From the NCBI RefSeq assembly GCF_963921235.1, contig NC_086097.1, positions 187,924,001 to 187,988,000 of the forward strand: a stretch of DNA of 64,000 nucleotides. The letters are read 5' to 3'. The notes beneath the pieces are model-generated. The model saw only the letters and a list, made by a program, of their open reading frames with translations. It had not been told where the DNA came from and made no database searches. Position numbers and translations under genes: made by a program. This stretch comes from Mobula hypostoma. Taxonomy: Eukaryota. This document shows, in pieces, positions 12,401 to 24,364 of the stretch. How positions within the stretch are numbered: position 1 is the stretch's first letter; each line of letters starts with the position of its first letter.

Positions 12401-13170
12401 AGCCAAATGTGAAGTGTTGCACCTTGGTAGGTCAAATATAAAGAGAAAGTATACTGTACTATCTCTTAACAGGGGTTGATGTGCAGAGGGACCTTGGGAT
12501 CCAAGTTCATAGCTCCCTGAAACTGGCTACACAGGTTGACGGGGTGGTTAAGAGGGCATGTGGCATGCTTGCCTTTATTAGTCAAGACATTGAGTTCAAA
12601 AGTCAGGAAGTTGTGTTGCAGCTTTATAAAACTCTAGTTAGGTCACATCTGGAGTATTGCACACAGTTCTGCTTGCTCCACTATGGAAAGGATTTTGATG
12701 CTTTGGAGAGGGCACAGAAGAGGTTTATCAGGATTCTGCCTGGATTAGAAGGCATGTACTATAACAAGAGGATAGATAAACTTGGGTTGGTTTCTCTGGA
12801 GAGGCAGAAGTTGAGGCGAGATCTGATAGAGGTTTATAAGATTGTGAGAACCATAGATAGAGTAGACAGTATTTTTTCTCGAAAGCTTGAAATATCTAAA
12901 ACCAGAGGCCATGAATTTAAGATGAGGGAGTAATCTCAAAGGAGATATGAGAGTCAAGTTTGTTACACAGAGAGTGGTGGGTGCCTGGGCTGCTGGTGGA
13001 TGTTTAGATAGGCAAACGTATGTGAGGAAAATGGAAGATAATGGACATTATGTAGACAGAGGAGATTAGTTTAGTTGGCTATTTGATTATTAATTTATTT
13101 GGTTCAACCCAAAATTGTGGGCCAAAGGGCACGTTCCTGTACTGTACTATATTCTATGTTCTATGTTTCT
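9431..13170 (+). mobile_element. Decayed near-full-length CR1 LINE (ORF1 SGNH esterase, ORF2 EN+RT, TTCTATG tail)
   Basis: VIVIGDSILR, MGDFNFP, MDFSK..DKV.HG, LVRSHLEYC motifs. Tail TATTCTATGTTCTATG. Confidence 0.88.
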
Positions 13171-13179
13171 TTGCTGCAA

Positions 13180-13430
13180 AGAGAAAAGCCCTAGCTCACT
13201 CAATCCATCCTCATGAGACAGTGATCAGTAATCCAGGCAGGGTCTTGATAAGTCTTCTCTGCACCCTCTCTAAATATTCCATATACTTTCTATAATGAGG
13301 CAAGCAGAACTGAACACAATATTCCAAGTGTAGTCGAACCAACATTTTATAGAGCTGCAACATTACCTTACAGCTCTTAAACTCAATCCCCCAACTTGCT
13401 ACACACCATCTAATAAACCTATCAACTCAC
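13180..13430 (-). mobile_element. CR1 RT C-terminal remnant
   Basis: Reverse complement encodes LQLYKMLVRLHLEYCVQFC-like sequence. Confidence 0.65.
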
Positions 13431-13523
13431 ACGGCATTAATTTGTTTATGTATCATATAATAAAAAAGTGCCATATAATTTCCATGCAGATCTCTCTATA
13501 TTCCAATAGATTCCTTTAAATAA

Positions 13524-13719
13524 AAGATGGTGCTAAATAGCGATACCTGACCGTACACAGAAGCAGATGACTTGAGCCCATTCCAGCAGTCATTTCTCTC
13601 TCTCTCTCTCTCTCTCTCTCCCTCTCTCTCTCTCTCCCTCTCTCTCTCTCCCTCTCCCTCTCCCTCTCCCTCTCCCTCTCCCTCTCCCTCTCCCTCTCCC
13701 TCTCCCTCTCCCTCTCCCT

Positions 13720-13814
<95 letters not shown>

Positions 13815-14278
13815 TCTCTCTCTCTGTTTTCACAGCCGGGAGACAAAAGAAACAACTCGCTGCTTTACGATGTTAAAAGTCCTCCACATCGCTTTTTTTT
13901 AGCTTTCTGCACAAAGATCACAAATCTCTGCGCAAACAGCCGCAGATATTCCGACTGCCCCGACGACACACGGGTCTCCTGTCATGACACTGACACTTGA
14001 TCCACCCGTCTCCAGGGCTCCGAGATCCTAGGCTTCCAAAACCAAGCCAAATACTTGGGCTGAGCCCTTGACATGCTGAACAACAATAGCCGGTTATGAA
14101 ACCCCGAGAGCGGGTCCTATTCCCACAAACAACCGTAGTCAGCATGTAACTCCCGGTCAGGGTCTTCAGAAGAACCCTGAAAGGGAAAATAAAGATATTA
14201 AAGTTGGAAATAGAGCTGTTTCCGAAGATACAAGCAAAGGAGTTACCGTTTAGCACCATCTTCACTCCGCTCCGCCTT
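13524..14278 (-). mobile_element. Non-coding retroposon-like element, 5' part (homologous to 20466-21120), bounded by a 14-bp inverted repeat
   Basis: Minus-strand head GGCGGAGCGGAGTGAAGATGGTGCTAAACGGTAACTCC resembles the head at 20466. Both carry an internal GA-rich microsatellite. Confidence 0.6.
13595..13825 (+). repeat. Compound microsatellite (CT)n-(CCCTCT)n-(CT)n-(CA)n-(CT)n
   Basis: Direct reading; about 200 nt of pure pyrimidine on the + strand. Confidence 0.97.
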
Positions 14279-15033
14279 CACGTCTAAACTAATCTTTTCG
14301 ATATTTTTTCAAGCAAGTTACCAGGGAAACTCATGAAGGAAAGGCCATGGATATTGTCTACATGGACTTTGGCAATGCCTTTGACAAGGTCCCGCATCGA
14401 GTTGTTCAAGAAGTTTATGCCGCTTGGCATTCAGGAAATTCAGGATGAAGTAGTAAATTGGATTAGAAATTGGCTTCATTGGAGACGCCAGAGAGTGATA
14501 GTAGACGATTGCCTCTCTGACTGGAGCCCTGTGTCTAGTGGAGTGCCACAGGGATAGGTGTTGGGTCTGCTCTTGTTTCTCACCTATAACAATGATCTGG
14601 ATGATAATAATTGTGTACTTAATATTTCAGTACTATTTGAGTAATATTGTAAATCTATTCTTATACAATATATATAAAAGCATTTGTTTGTTTACATAAT
14701 TTATTACCGGATATATGTAGAAATACATGAATAGCATATGTCATCACGCCACCATGTCACGTGCTCACCTCATTAAAGGCAAAAATAAAGTCAACTCTTG
14801 TCTCCCAGCTATATGTTTTTCCCTTGATTAGTTTATGGAGTTATAAAACATAACAGCGGTGATGAGTAAGTTTTCAAATGAACTGGAGATGACTATCTAC
14901 CTGATGAAGAACAGTGAAACTTTCAAAAAAAAAGTACAGCAGGTTTTTTCCTCTGCCAGAGTCGAAGACAATCAAAATGGCAGAAAAGGACCAAATTTAT
15001 GGGTTCATAAACAATGAGTGCAGGGTGATAATA

Positions 15034-15956
15034 CAAGTTGAGTACCCTTTATCCAAAATGCATGGGTCCAGTAGTGTTTTGGATACTGGATTCTTTTGGA
15101 CTTTATAATATATAATGAGATAGCTTGGGATCGGCATCACTTCCGACTCTGAATTTATGTGCTACTGGTAAGCAGTCTTTGCCTTACACTTGTTCATCAC
15201 ACATATGTACTTAACAGTAGAAATTATTACATACCATTAATATAATGAAAATATAATGTGTGCAGGGCAACAAAAGCAGTACAGCAGCATTGGGAGAATA
15301 CCTGAATCAGTTGCTGAACAACAATACCAACGACAGAATTTCTGACTCCACCTATGATACTGTGTTTTGATAAAAAGGTTACAGCATTTGTATTTTATTT
15401 TAGGTTTTATGTAAGGTGTATAAACAATCGGCAAAGCAGGCTTGTTCTGGTGTTAGATTTTCATCGGTGACACATTAAAAATTTAATATTGTTAAGTAAG
15501 GTATAAAAACAATAAGCATCATACACTTGTTCTGGTGCTAGGTTTTCGTGACTAGCAGACACTTTAAAAATTTAATGCCATACTTTTTCTAAAATTTCTG
15601 CAACTAGCCTATGAATATTCACAATTACATTCAATTTTCAGTTCATCATGATAGATCTTTGCTTGATCAGTATACCATTAAGTGGCATATGTTCACTTCA
15701 ATGCAGACAATACATGATTCAGATCTTCATTTTGCTCTTTATGCAGTAATTTTCTATTTTTCATTCACTTCTGTTAATCACATAGGTGTTGTCATATCTC
15801 AGAACTGGCTGTGATGTGTAGGGACCTGCCCACCGTCTGGCGACCTTCCCAGAGTCTTGTGGAATTTTCAATTTGTGATGTCATGACAGTACTCAAAGAA
15901 AATTCAGATTTCAGAGGTTTTCAATTTTGGAATTTCGATAAGGGGTACTGAACCTG
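15034..15956. mobile_element. Non-autonomous Tc1/mariner-pogo (Tigger4/Zombi-like) DNA transposon
   Basis: TIRs CAAGTTGAGTACCCTTTATC and (reverse complement) CAGGTTCAGTACCCCTTATC. TA TSD on both sides. No transposase ORF. Confidence 0.88.
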
Positions 15957-15994
15957 TAATAATAAATCTAATCAAACATAAATGGCTGTATACA

Positions 15995-16308
15995 GAGTCG
16001 GCTGGAGACGCAACGACATCAGCGCCGGACCTTGGAGCAGAGGTTCCTGGGTTCGAAACTAGTCGGGTCCGCCACCGAGTAGGCTTTCCATCTGTGCCGG
16101 GTTGAATGTCAAGAAAGCAACAAGACCTTGAAAAAATAAAAGGGAAAATACTGCGAAAATGCCTGTGTGAGGAGTGGCGCGCCACACAGGCTCTTTCTCT
16201 CTCTCCATGAAAAAGACATCATCATGGACACACGGACGGACACGCAGATGCAGACACAAAGACGCGCATGCACAGACTTGCACGCACGCAGGCACACGCC
16301 AAAAAAAA
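15995..16308 (+). mobile_element. tRNA-derived SINE
   Basis: B-box GGTTCGAAAC at 16050-16059, A8 tail, 11-bp TSD GG(C/T)TGTATACA (15984-15994, 16309-16319) within the gag start. Confidence 0.82.
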
Positions 16309-16335
16309 GGTTGTATACATTGGAAAGATGGACCG

Positions 16336-16700
16336 AATGGTTAAAGGCCTTAGTAGAGTGGATGTGCAGAGGATGTTTCCTATGGTGGGAGAGTCTAAGA
16401 CCATAGGACACAGGATCAAAATGGAGGGGTGTCCTTTTAGAATGGAGATTAGGGGGAATTGCTTTATCCAGGGAGTAGTGAATCTGTGGAATTTGATGCC
16501 ACACAGGAAGCTGTGGAGGTCAAGCCTTTATGACTTAAGACAGAGGTTGATAGATTCTTGATTGGTCAGGGCATGAAGGGATATGGGGTGAAGGCAGGAG
16601 ACTGGGGCTAAGAGGAAAATTGGAGCAGCCATGATGAAATGGCGGAGTAGAATCGATGAACCAAATGACCTAATTCTGCTCATATATTTTATGGTTTTAT
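16336..16700 (+). mobile_element. CR1 3'-end fragment inserted in the Gypsy gag
   Basis: KGLSRVDVQRMFPMVGESKT...VVNLWNL peptide and CR1 3' UTR with TTTATGGTTTTAT tail. Confidence 0.85.
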
Positions 16701-17430
16701 TGACCATTTAGATTGCTGAAGCGATAACTTGATTTTGTATACTGAGCAAATGAACAGAATTTTAAATCAAATGAAAAGCAAGTGTCAGTTTTCCTGAGTG
16801 CATTAGGTGGAAAGGCATTCAGTTTGATTTGAAGCTTGACTGCTCTGACCAACTCAGCCAGTTGAGCTTTGCTGATATTATGAAAGTCATACAGGAGTAT
16901 TCGGAACCAAAACCATTGTCGGTTGCAGAACATTTTAGGTTTCATAAGCAGAATCAAAAGGAAGCCCATTTCAGCTTACTTGGCTAATTGAAAAAGTTGT
17001 CTGAGCATTGTCTGTTCAGTAATGGGCTTAATGATGCACTGAGAGCTGGTTTACTTTGTGGAATCTTAGAAGAAATCATTCAAAAAGGGCTCCTAGCTGA
17101 AGCAGAACCGATATTTAAATGAGCAGTTGAAATTGCTGTAGCAATGGAGACAACTGACTGAGACAGCTGGAAAGACTAAGGACAGAACTGAACCACTCTC
17201 CTACACAGTGGAGATGGTGTCTAATGTCATCTGGAGACAACACATGGAAATGTTGATGAGACAGAGTCAATTGTAAGATGAGAAAGGTGTCCAGGTCTGT
17301 CTTCAATCCCAGAGTCATCTTCTACAACCACCACGGAGGAAGTCTCTGAATCTGAGATTGTTTCACAGCCACAAGTCTCACCTGCTAAGCAGTGACACCC
17401 CCTTTGTTCAGGAAAGATGTAATCTCACTA

Positions 17431-17899
17431 AACAAGACTCATCAAAGTTGCTGGTGAACACAGCAGGCCAGGCAGCATCTCTAGGAAGAGGTACAGTTGA
17501 CGTTTCAGGCCGAGACCCTTCGTCAGGACTAACTGAAGGAAGAGCTAGTAAGAGATTTGAAAGTGGGAGGGGGAGGGGGAGATCCAAAATGATAGGAGAA
17601 GACAGGAGGGGGTGGGATGGAGCCAAGAGCTGGACAGGTGATTGGCAAAGGGGATAGGAGAGGATCATGGGACAGGAGGTCCAGGGAGAAAGACAAGGGG
17701 GTGGGGGGAAAACCCAGAGGATGGGCAAGGGGTATAGTCAGAGGAACAGAGGAAGAAAAAGGAGATTGAGAGAAAGAATGTGTGTATAAAAATAAATAAC
17801 GGATGGGGTACGAGGGGGAGGTGGGGCATTAGCGGAAGTTCACCAGCAACTTTGATGTGTGTTGCTTGAATTTCCAGCATCTGCAGAATTCCTGTTGTT
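17431..17899 (-). mobile_element. Penelope-like pseudo-LTR insertion with inverted segment
   Basis: 13-bp TSD TGTAATCTCACTA (17418-17430, 17900-17912). Inverted repeat CATCAAAGTTGCTGGTGAAC / GTTCACCAGCAACTTTGATG. Homologous to the 3' UTR of the element at 40507-42440. Confidence 0.88.
17491..17535 (-). ncRNA. Minimal type I hammerhead ribozyme motif in a Penelope pLTR
   Basis: Minus strand reads CAGUU-AGUC-CUGACGA-AGGGUCUCGGCCU-GAAA-CGUC-AACUG: both conserved core boxes, stem II, and stem I CAGUU/AACUG. Confidence 0.8.
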
Positions 17900-20465
17900 T
17901 GTAATCTCACTAGAGTGTATATAATATTTGAATACTGTCATTTGATTAAGCATTATTTGTTCATCTAAATAATTCATTACAGATTATAAGTAAAAGTAAG
18001 TGAATTGCAAACATCATTACTCCACCACACCAGGAGTGCACACCTCATAAAAGTAAAAACGAACCAGGCATGCATCTCCCAGCTCCGTGTTTTTCTTTCA
18101 ATTTGTTTATGGAATCACAAAACATAACAATAATATGCCTAACTGGATCAGCAAATTTGTGGATGACACCAAGATGGGGGATGCAGTGAACAGCAAGAAA
18201 GGCTATCAAGGCTTGCAACAGGATCTGGACCAGCTGCAAAAATGGGCAGAAAAATGGCAGATGGAGTTTAATGCAGACATTTGCAAAGTGTTGCATTTTG
18301 GGAAGACAGACCAGGGTAGAACTTACACAGTGCGTGTTTGGTCTCTGAGAGCTGCGGTAGAACAGCGAGATCTGGGTATATAGATCCATAATTCCTTGGA
18401 AGTGACATCACAGGTAGATGGGATCGTAAAGAAAGCTGTTTGTACATCAGCCTTCATAAATCTTGTATTGAGTACAAGAGTAAGAAAGTTGCATAAGACA
18501 TTGGTAAGGCCTAATATGGAGTATTGTATGCAGTTCTGATCACTTACTTACAGGAAAGATATCGATAAGATTGAAAGAGTGCAGAGAAAATTTATAGGAT
18601 GTTCCCCGGGCTTGAGAAACTCAGAACATGCTCGGGGGGTGGGGGCGGGGGGAAGCTTCTTCACTCCAAGAGTGGAGAGAGTGTGGAACAAGCTCCCATT
18701 GGAAGTGGTGGATGTGGGTTTGATTTCAACATTTAAGACTCATTTGGATATGTGCATGGTATGAGGGGTATAGAGGGTTATAGACCCGGTGCAGGTTGAT
18801 GGGACTAGGTAGAATAAGAGTTTGACAATGATTAGATAAGCTGAAGGGCCTGTTTCTGTGCTGTAGCGTTCTAAGACTCTATGACTATGTTTCTAAAAGA
18901 GCATTAATACGCACACACACTCATACATACAAACGTTTGTACATACATACATATATATGAAGTAAATTATTAAACAGAGATGAGATCATGGACAAAATGA
19001 GAATTGAGGGTTAATGGAAGCAGAATAGATATCGACAGATGTCCTTAACAAGTACCAAGCATTAGTGGTTATGATAGTGAATTCTGGCCCTATAGGCACA
19101 ATATTTGTACAGACCTAGAGAATCAGCTGGTGGAATCCTATCTGGGCCTTTTCCTCGACTACCATCAGTCATCATTTTTAGCTACATATCACATAGCACA
19201 AATAGGCAATATATAGATGATATATACCTTCCTATTTGTAACCCAAAAATTCCTTATAGCATTCTGTGGACTACTTCCCCAGCTTACCTGAGAATTCTAC
19301 TTGTATTCAATGGATTGGCCAAGTCTCTTTCACAGCCACAAAATCTCTTGACATATTTCTTGAAATAGAGATAATTTTATTGCTCATATTTCATAATTTA
19401 AAATAAATCCATAAAAATACAGTATTTCTCCTGCTGTGATCTACAACATTGGTAACAACCAGCCCCAATATTTAGACAAAGCATTAAAATTACTAATACT
19501 GTATACGCTGTTTACTGGCAGTTTTCATGCTGCACAGATGTTTGAGCTACATCCAACAGTTAATCTTTTATTATCTGTTCAGTGATGCCTACAGAGAAGC
19601 TGGTACGTCCTAGATTGCTTCACCGCATATATATACCGTTAAGGAAAGTAAGAAAGATGATAACGAACTTGGATCAGTTCACTGTGGACTTCTAGCCATC
19701 TGAGACTGTGTTTTGCCATGGTAGTTTTCTCATTATTATTGAAGGTGCTGTCTGGTGGCTTACAAGTACTTAATAAATTATGCAAAGCTCCACTGCTGTA
19801 ATTTTAATCAGATATTAGATGAAAGTCTGAGCTCTTAAAAAGTAATTTACTCTATTATCACCAAAGGAGCAATGAAATAAATTCTAATGCTGGAAAAAAA
19901 TTGGCACTGGAGTGTGCAATACATCAAAAAGATTTCTCCTACAATTACAGAAACATGGAATTTGCAGCTAAATAAAAATATGGAAATACTAATGCATTAT
20001 ATTGCGATGATGTACAATGTTAGTTTTAAAAACATTTTTTCCTGTTCATGCTACCTGATAGGCATGGTGTTAATTTTAATCAACAGAACACTGAGCGCCA
20101 TAAGCTAATGCTTTTAGAACATGTACAGCTGATTGGCTCCACAAAAAGATCAATGGGAGAATTTCCTTCTCATATTCCTCTAGACTGTGGCTCGCTGAAA
20201 GAAAATAGATCTCAGATTCAGGCCACAGATGACCATTACTGTCATCGGATGTGGCAGACCTTATATTATGTGACTGCAGCATAGAATGGCTCATTTGTAC
20301 TACATTTCCATCCTTAAGGACAGACACTAAGAATGATTTATGATAATCAAATGGTAGAAATAATGATTATTTTTGGCAAATATGAATAACTGAGGTCCAC
20401 TGAATCCTAAGACCCTGCTATATCTTCCTTAATGCCAGACTTAGGTAGAAACCTAATTTTTGTAT

Positions 20466-20776
20466 GAGGCGAGGAGTTAAGACGGCACCAAAGGGTGACT
20501 TCTTTAAGCTCATCTGTGAAATAGCTTAAATTGTTCTCTTGAATGTAGCTTGTTTCCTTTCAAGATGATTGGGTCCTGTCAGAGTCCATGATCTATAGCT
20601 GCACTCAAACTGCGGTTCTATATGACGTGAGATCCTGCTTCTGGAGCTCGCCAACTGGTTATTTTTGATATATTCAGGAGTGGCCTAAACTGGTGCCTTT
20701 GAGGCCTTTGGGGTGTGGCCTCGTGTGGCTCTGTGGATGAAATGATCTATAGGTCTCCCTCTTCTCTGTCCCTTGT

Positions 20777-20807
<31 letters not shown>

Positions 20808-21120
20808 CCAGCCTGTGGCACGTTGAATTGTCAGGTGAACAATAGTTTTTGTTGCACTGTAGATCATGGTCTCGCTTTGGGTGCTTGCTATTACTCGCTT
20901 GGTGGGTGATGCACACCGATGCTTCCTGCTGGAACAAGTAGGGGAGGGTTGATGCTTTGCTGCTGCTTGTGCATGGGAGGGGGTGGTGGGGCTTTGGGGT
21001 TCTAATATTTTCTGCCATTCATTCTTTGGGTTTTTTTCCTGTTTTGTGGATGTCTGCATAGAGTAAGAATTTCAGGTTGTATACTTCATTCTCTGATACT
21101 AAATGGAACCATTGAACCAC
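20466..21120 (+). mobile_element. Non-autonomous retroposon with YY1-like head and Rex1-like 3' tail
   Basis: Head GAGTTAAGACGGCACC, internal (GA)n at about 20780-20806. 3' end resembles the Rex1 UTR at 47170-47275. No RT. Confidence 0.6.
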
Positions 21121-21444
21121 CAAAACCATCCACAAGTATGGGTTGTCGGGTATGATCCTGCTTTAGTGCTGTCATCTCATTTGACATCCTAACTTCCTTT
21201 CAAAAAGTAACTGTCAAGCTACCTGTTACAGTGGCACATGCATCCTCCTGCCTTCATTGTTCAGTTGCTGGCAGAAGGTCACAAAGCAGTCCAGCAGTGG
21301 CTAGACCCCTTTTGAAGTCACTCTACAAGTCATTTCTCCAGTACATTCAGAGAGGAAGAACTGAACTGACAAATCCATTACTGAAAGTTATGGTATTTGT
21401 GGCAAAAGTAAGTTATTTTTAATTACATACCACAAAGACAATGA

Positions 21445-24122
21445 GAATCATAGAGTCAGAGCAAGATAGCTTGAATACATGACCTTCAGCCCATCAAGTC
21501 TGTGCCAAATATGGCGCCCACTCAGCTATCACCAATTTCCTTCATTCAGCCCATATCCCTCAAACCCCACCCCTGCATGTACCTATCCAAGTGCTTCTTA
21601 AATTATACTATTGTACTTCCATCAACCACTTCCTCTGGTAGCTTAACCCATATATTCACCACCCGCTGTGTGAAAATATTGTCCCTCAAATCCCTCTTAA
21701 ATCTTGCCTCTTAGTTTTGGACTCTCCTAGCCTGGAGAAAAAACTCCTACCATACCTACCATATCCTACCGTCCTGTTGCACTCACATCCATCATCATGA
21801 AGTGTTTCGAGAGACTTGTCATGAGGCACATCAAGTCCCTGCTGCTCCCCGCACTGGACCCCCTGCAGTTCGCATGCCGCCCCAACCGTTCAACAGATGA
21901 TGCCGTTGCCATCACCCTCCACCTGGCCTTAACCCACCAGGACAAAAAAAAGACACGTACTTTCGAACACTGTTCATAGACTTCAGTTCAGCATTCAACA
22001 CAATCATTCCTCAGAAACTGATTGGAAAGCTGAGCCTACTGGGCCTGAACACCTCCCTCTGCAACTGGATCCTAGACTTCCTGACTGGGAGACCTCAGTC
22101 AGTCCGAATTGGTAGCAGCATCTCCAATACCATCACACTGGGCATGGGGCCCCCCAGGGCTGTGTGCTCAGTCCACTGCTGTTCACTCTGCTGACCCACG
22201 ACTGTGCTACAACACACAGCACGAACCACATCATCAAGTTCGCCGATGACACAACTGTGGTGGGTCTCATCAGCAAGGGTGAAGACTCAGCATACAGAGA
22301 GGAGGTGCAGTGGCTAACGGACTGGTGCAGAGCCAACAACCTGTCTCTGAATGTAAACAAAACAAAAGAGATGGTTGTTGATTTCAGGAGGACACGGAAC
22401 AACCACTCTCCGCTGAACATCGACTCCTCCGTAGAGATCGTTAAGAGCACCAAATTTCTTGGTGTTCACCTGGCGGAGAATCTCACCTGGTCCCTCAACA
22501 CCAGCTCCATAGCAAAGAAAGTCCAGCAGCGTCTCTACTTTCTGCAAAGGCTGAGAAAAGTCCATCTCCTAACTCCCCCCATCCTCACCACATTCTACAG
22601 AGGTTGTATTGAGAGCATCCTGAACAGCTGCATCACGGCCTGGTTAAGAAATTGTACTGTCTCGGATCGCAAGATCCTGCAGCAGAGAGTGAGGTTGGCT
22701 GCGATGATCATCGGGGTCTCTCTTCCCGCCATCACAGACATTTACACCACACGCTGCATCAGCAAAGCAAACAGCATTATGAAGGACCCCATGCACCCCT
22801 CATATAAACTCTTCTCCCTTCTGCCATCTGGAAAAAGGCACTGAAGCATTTGGACTCTCACGACCAGACTAAGTAACAGTTTCTTCCCCCAAGCCATCAG
22901 ACTCCTCAATACCCAGAGCCTGGACTGACACCAACCTACTGCCCTCTACTGTGCCTACTGTCTTGTTTATTATTTATTGTAGTGCCTGCACTGTTTTGTG
23001 CACTTTATGCAGTCCTGGATAGGTCTGTAGTCTCGTGTAGTTTTATGTGTTTTTTCTTACGTAGTTCAGTATAGTTTTTGTATTGTTTCACGTAGCACCA
23101 TGGTCCTGGAAGATGTTGTCTCATTTTTACTATGTTCTGTACCAGCAGTTATGGTTGAAATGACAATAAAAAGTGACTTGACTTGACCTGACGTTAGCCC
23201 ATTCTGCTTTTACAAACTTCTCATTCTCCTATGTTCCAAGAAATAATGATCTAGCCTGGCCAGCCTCTCGTTATAACTCAGGCCCTCTAATCCTGGCAAT
23301 ATTTCCTCTGCCCTTTTTACAGTTTAACCACATCTTTCCTATAACAGCATGACCAAAACTGCACACAGCACTCCAAATGTGGCCACATCAATGGTTTACA
23401 CAACTGAAACATAATCCTTAGTGCCCTGACTAATAAAGGCTTTCTTCACCAGCCTATCTACCTGCAACTAACTATGCATCTTATACTTTGCTCTATTACA
23501 CTCACTAATGCCTTACTATTCATACTATAAATCCTATGCTAGTTTGACTTTCCAAAATGAATCACCTCACACTTTCCTGTATTGAAATCCATTTGCCACT
23601 CTTTGGCCCACTTCCCTAACTGCAATGTATGATAACCTTCTTCACTATCAACAACACTAACGAATTCTGTGTCATCTGCAAATTTACTATTCAAACATTG
23701 TGCATTTTCATCCGTATAATTTTATAAATAATGAATAGCAAGGGCCCCAACATTGACCCCTTCAGCACATCACTATTCACTGGCCTCCATTGTGAGAAAC
23801 AATCTTCAACCACCAATGCTGCTTCCAACCTGCAGCACCTAACCAGCTCTCCATGGATTCCATGAGATCTGACCTTCCAGATGAGCCTAACTATATGGGA
23901 CCTTGTCAATGGCTTTACTAAAGCCTAAAGAGATAACACCCACTACCTTATCCTCATCTACCCTTTCAGTTAACACTTGAAGAATTCTGAAGGGTTCACC
24001 AGGGAAGACTTTACATGAACAATGCCTTGCTGACTCCTCCTAATCAGATTCTGTGTATCCAAATGCTGATAGATCCTAACTCTCAGAATTCCCTGAGGTA
24101 ATGTCCCCTCTACTGATGTCAG
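21445..24122 (-). mobile_element. Decayed CR1 RT/3' fragment interrupted by a Rex1 LINE
   Basis: Minus-strand SHGIHGEL...QWRPV.S.V..GSMLGPLLFII. CR1 3' UTR at 21445-21740. Confidence 0.75.
21766..23191 (+). mobile_element. 5'-truncated Rex1/Babar LINE (RT domain plus 3' UTR)
   Basis: [57 protein letters not shown]. Tail GACAATAAA..(GACTT)n. Confidence 0.9.
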
Positions 24123-24364
24123 AACATTACATGGTGGGGTATTCGCCACAGAGAAAAGGGAAATGGTAATGGAATAGCTGAAACATGTACAATGTTGTTT
24201 TGACTTTCCTGTTCTGAAGGCTCATTGTTGTCTGGACACCCATTTATTTCTTTTTAAGCCAATCAGAAACGATTCACTGAGCTAGTTGCTCGGATGAACG
24301 GGTTGGCTTCAATGGAACACTTGAACAGGTTGAGCTGTATGCACTGAGAATTGGAATTGACAAT

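Larger units (their letters stand above)
14609..18129 (+). mobile_element. Internally deleted Mag-clade-like Gypsy element (5' LTR 14609-14855, gag remnant, INT C-terminal remnant, 3' LTR about 17913-18129)
   Basis: Two homologous LTRs ending CATAACA. PBS-like GCGGTGATGAG after the 5' LTR. Gag remnants MAVYIGKMD and PKPLSVAEHFRFHKQNQKE. PLSYTVE..VIWR.H remnant. 5-bp TSD ATAAT (14604-14608, 18130-18134). Confidence 0.85.
14286..18890 (+). mobile_element. CR1 RT/3' fragment hosting a nested Gypsy cluster
   Basis: GVPQG...NDLDD up to 14608 resumes as NMPNWISKFVDDTK at 18130. Tail TCTATGACTATG near 18880. Confidence 0.85.

Noticed and set aside
13496..14000. ER/EG/SL/SP-repeat ORFs
   Set aside because: Translations of the microsatellite.
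15995..16075. tRNA gene
   Set aside because: B-box present but no full cloverleaf; it is the head of a SINE with A-tail and TSD.
19583..19647. Possible small exon (MPTEKLVRPRLLHRIYIPLRK)
   Set aside because: No homology recognised; chance splice-like signals are common.
21341..21406. Possible 66-nt exon (TTTCTCCAG...AAA/GTAAGT, YIQRGRTELTNPLLKVMVFVAK)
   Set aside because: Plausible splice signals, but no recognisable protein or partner exons; needs RNA-seq.
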